Positions 61,601 through 64,000 of a stretch of 64,000 nucleotides of DNA are shown here, piece after piece. Origin of the DNA: Narcine bancroftii (Eukaryota); the NCBI RefSeq assembly GCF_036971445.1, contig NC_091471.1:370698001-370762000 (forward strand), written 5' to 3'. The translations under genes and the position numbers were made by a program. The notes beneath the pieces are model-generated. The model made no database searches. It saw only the letters and a list, made by a program, of their open reading frames with translations, and was not told the origin of the DNA. Position 1 is the stretch's first letter. Every line of letters starts with the position of its first letter.

Positions 61601-61939
61601 CAGGGTCCATCCGAAGTCCGACAACTGAGCTTGCGGATTGACCTCAGCCTTTGCAAACAGGCTGCGGATCCCAACACCTGACGGCGGGAGGTAGGGCGAA
61701 TTTGTGGCAGAAACCACATCCCATGTCAACAGTCAAAACTCAAGGGGACGCCAACGTTCTCGTTCAGTCCAGCACATTGTAATGTTAACCATTTCTTTCC
61801 ATCTGTGCCACTGGAAAGCCCATCAAGGCTGAGAGCTCAATCCCTCCCTCAGGACCGACCTTGCAACAGTTTATGGTGATTCAAGCCGATCAATGGTGAC
61901 TCTTGGTCTGAGACGAGTCATTGATATCAATTTAATTCT

Positions 61940-64000
61940 GTGTCGTGGACAAGGCGATCCAGGTGGATAAACTAGGCACCGACCCTGAAGCTCTGGAGGC
62001 CTCCAGAAAACTCAACCGGTGGCTGCACTGCCTCATCGTCTTCACGAGTCAAAACAAGAAGAGAAACAGGTCCAGCTCTTTGCACGGGTCAGATGACACC
62101 GCCGGCCAGTGCCTGGTGGATCCGTGGACAAGGATCTGGGAGCTGGGGCGAGCCTGTGGCTGCAGTCCACTTGAAGGAGATGATCCAACACCCGTGCGGA
62201 GTCGGCTTGAGGTCAGATCACGTCCGCCAGAGCCTCCTGGAAAAGGGTGACCGGAGCCTCCGGGAGGTCATGGACCTGGCCAAATTGCCTGTAGCAAAAT
62301 GGAGAGGTCTTCTCTGGCAACTGGCTGCTGCCTGGGGAACATGGGCACTGTCATCTTGGAAGACAGGATTCCCAAGACACTGCAGCCACATGAGGCATCC
62401 ACAGAGGAGCTGCCCAGCCAGAGACGCGACTTGCTCCGGCTCCGGGGCACTTTGAAAGGGGATGAGGGTCCAAACTCTCCTCCAGCAGGCAGCCGTCGAC
62501 ATCTTGGACCCGGTGCCACCTCTCGTCGGGGAGGACGGCTCAGCAGGACCTTGGGAATGAGAACCTGGGCCAGCACTACTGCCATCTTGGAAAGCGCCCC
62601 CAACTCAGTACAGGAGCAGCGAATTGGACAGTGTCCAGACGTTGGCCTCGATTATCCTGGGCCAGAACCCCTGCATCGACTCGCCAGGTCGATGACGGTC
62701 ACATTACGGGCTGCCTGTTTGATCCCAGGAGCGCAGAGACCTTCATTCGCCCAGTCACAGATCGGCACGACTCCCTTGTGGTAACCCCAGCGAACTGGGA
62801 AGTTTCTTCGGCTTCCAGATCCCACTCGATTGAGATTCATGGCAACTGGACGATGACATTGACCTCGTGTGGCAATAAATGCCAAAACTTTAAACTCCTT
62901 GTTATGCCCGCCAGTCATCTTGGGACCTGAGTGTCAATTCAAGAGTGTTCACGATGACCGAATTTTAAAACCCCCTGCCCTCCCCTTCAAACGTGGCCAA
63001 TTGGCAACCTGAAGCCTGCCCATCGCACATGACCAGTGGTTTGTCCACTCTTTGGGTCCCACCACTGCCCCTGTTTGAGAATCACACCCCTGACTGCAAG
63101 CCTGTGAGAAACAGAAGTACCTTCACAGAATTTGCTCCAGACAAAAATTGAGAACAAAGAACATTTATTATACAACAATGCAAAGTTGGGTGCTTCCCCT
63201 TACCCTGGGAATACACACAGATACTGGGGCTGACCCAACTTTTATACATTTCATTTCAGTACAGAGATACCTTCCCCCCAACATTCTTCTGCCTCCTGGA
63301 TTGGTTTAGCATTAGGTAATTCTGCCCACGTGGATTCTAACTTCTTCTCAGTTTATGTGCCTTCCTGCAAACTTGTTAGCCAGGAAATATCATGTCTTTG
63401 TTCTTTACTCATTAATCAATCCCCAAGACACTTGCTAAAGCTATCTACTTGTTATCCTGTTTTCAAGATCCTTATTTTATTATACTTTTATAACCCTTCC
63501 TAACCCTCTCATTCCAGCATCCCTTCACCCTGATTTAACCCATAATACTTCATCTCTAATGAGCACTTGCTTGACTCCTCCCATTCCAGTAACCCTTACA
63601 AGCCTGTCACCACCAAAGGCCTGGGGAACCTTCATTCATGCAGAAGTTATGAATGAAGGTTCATAACTTCATTATGAACATCAATAGACTTTTGGCTGAA
63701 GGGGTCAGAGAACCCAGCACCAGCCCCTGGAGGGCACAGGTGGTAGTGGTAAAGAGCAGGAAGAGGCACCACTTCATCCTAGACTACAATCAGACCATCA
63801 ACTGATACACCCAACTGGATGCCTATCCACTCCCTCACATAGCTGACTTGGTGAACAAGATCACAAAGTACTGGGTCTTCTCAACCTTAAGTCAGCAGAC
63901 CACCAGCTCCCGATCTGCCCAGAGGACAGCCAGTACACTTTCTGCCTCTTTCACTTCCTCCAGGTCCCCTTTGGGGTCACCAACTGAGTCTCTGGAAGAT
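61940..64000 (+). mobile_element. Degenerate Gypsy gag-pro-RT remnant, related to the element at 1-1924
   Basis: Gag-like DPEALEAS..WLHC, protease-like CLFD, RT start LDYNQTIN..TQLDAYPLP..PFGV; an unrelated insertion at ~63100-63600. Confidence 0.65.

Noticed and set aside
61063-61729. Protein-coding ORFs (up to 201 aa) in the GC-rich segment
   Set aside because: No recognisable domain, and ORFs overlap on both strands as expected in GC-rich DNA; better explained as promoter and non-coding exon.

Overview
Repeat-rich vertebrate genomic DNA. The CR1, Rex-Babar and V-SINE repeat content and the gene style suggest a cartilaginous fish (inference). It has one 262-N scaffold gap. Two spliced immunoglobulin-superfamily genes lie in tandem on the minus strand, and the ORF track shows only fragments of them. 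(1) A complete 4-exon CD7-like receptor (17697->9516, 213 aa): leader starting MAGP, one V-J-type IgV lacking the C-strand Trp, a stalk with one Cys, TM, and a tail with VYEDM. (2) Upstream of it, a gene with a leader, an IgV carrying the SECTM1-type signature (A/B-strand Cys pair, F-strand Cys lost), a B7/PD-L1-type IgC and a TM exon (53202->40997; cytoplasmic exons uncertain). This second gene has a probable non-coding first exon at ~61.4 kb next to a CpG-rich cluster of ISRE, GAS and NF-kB motifs. The order matches the mammalian SECTM1-CD7 ligand-receptor pair, but here the ligand keeps a B7-like V+C ectodomain, which suggests CD7/SECTM1 is a linked, divergent CD28/B7-type costimulatory pair. 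The rest is nested transposable elements (Gypsy LTR elements and solo LTRs, CR1, Rex-Babar, L1/Tx1 including a U2-headed Keno-like copy, four near-identical young RTE copies, a 5S-derived SINE, V-SINEs, Penelope-like termini) and minisatellites. Comparisons to human proteins are from memory, not from a database search.
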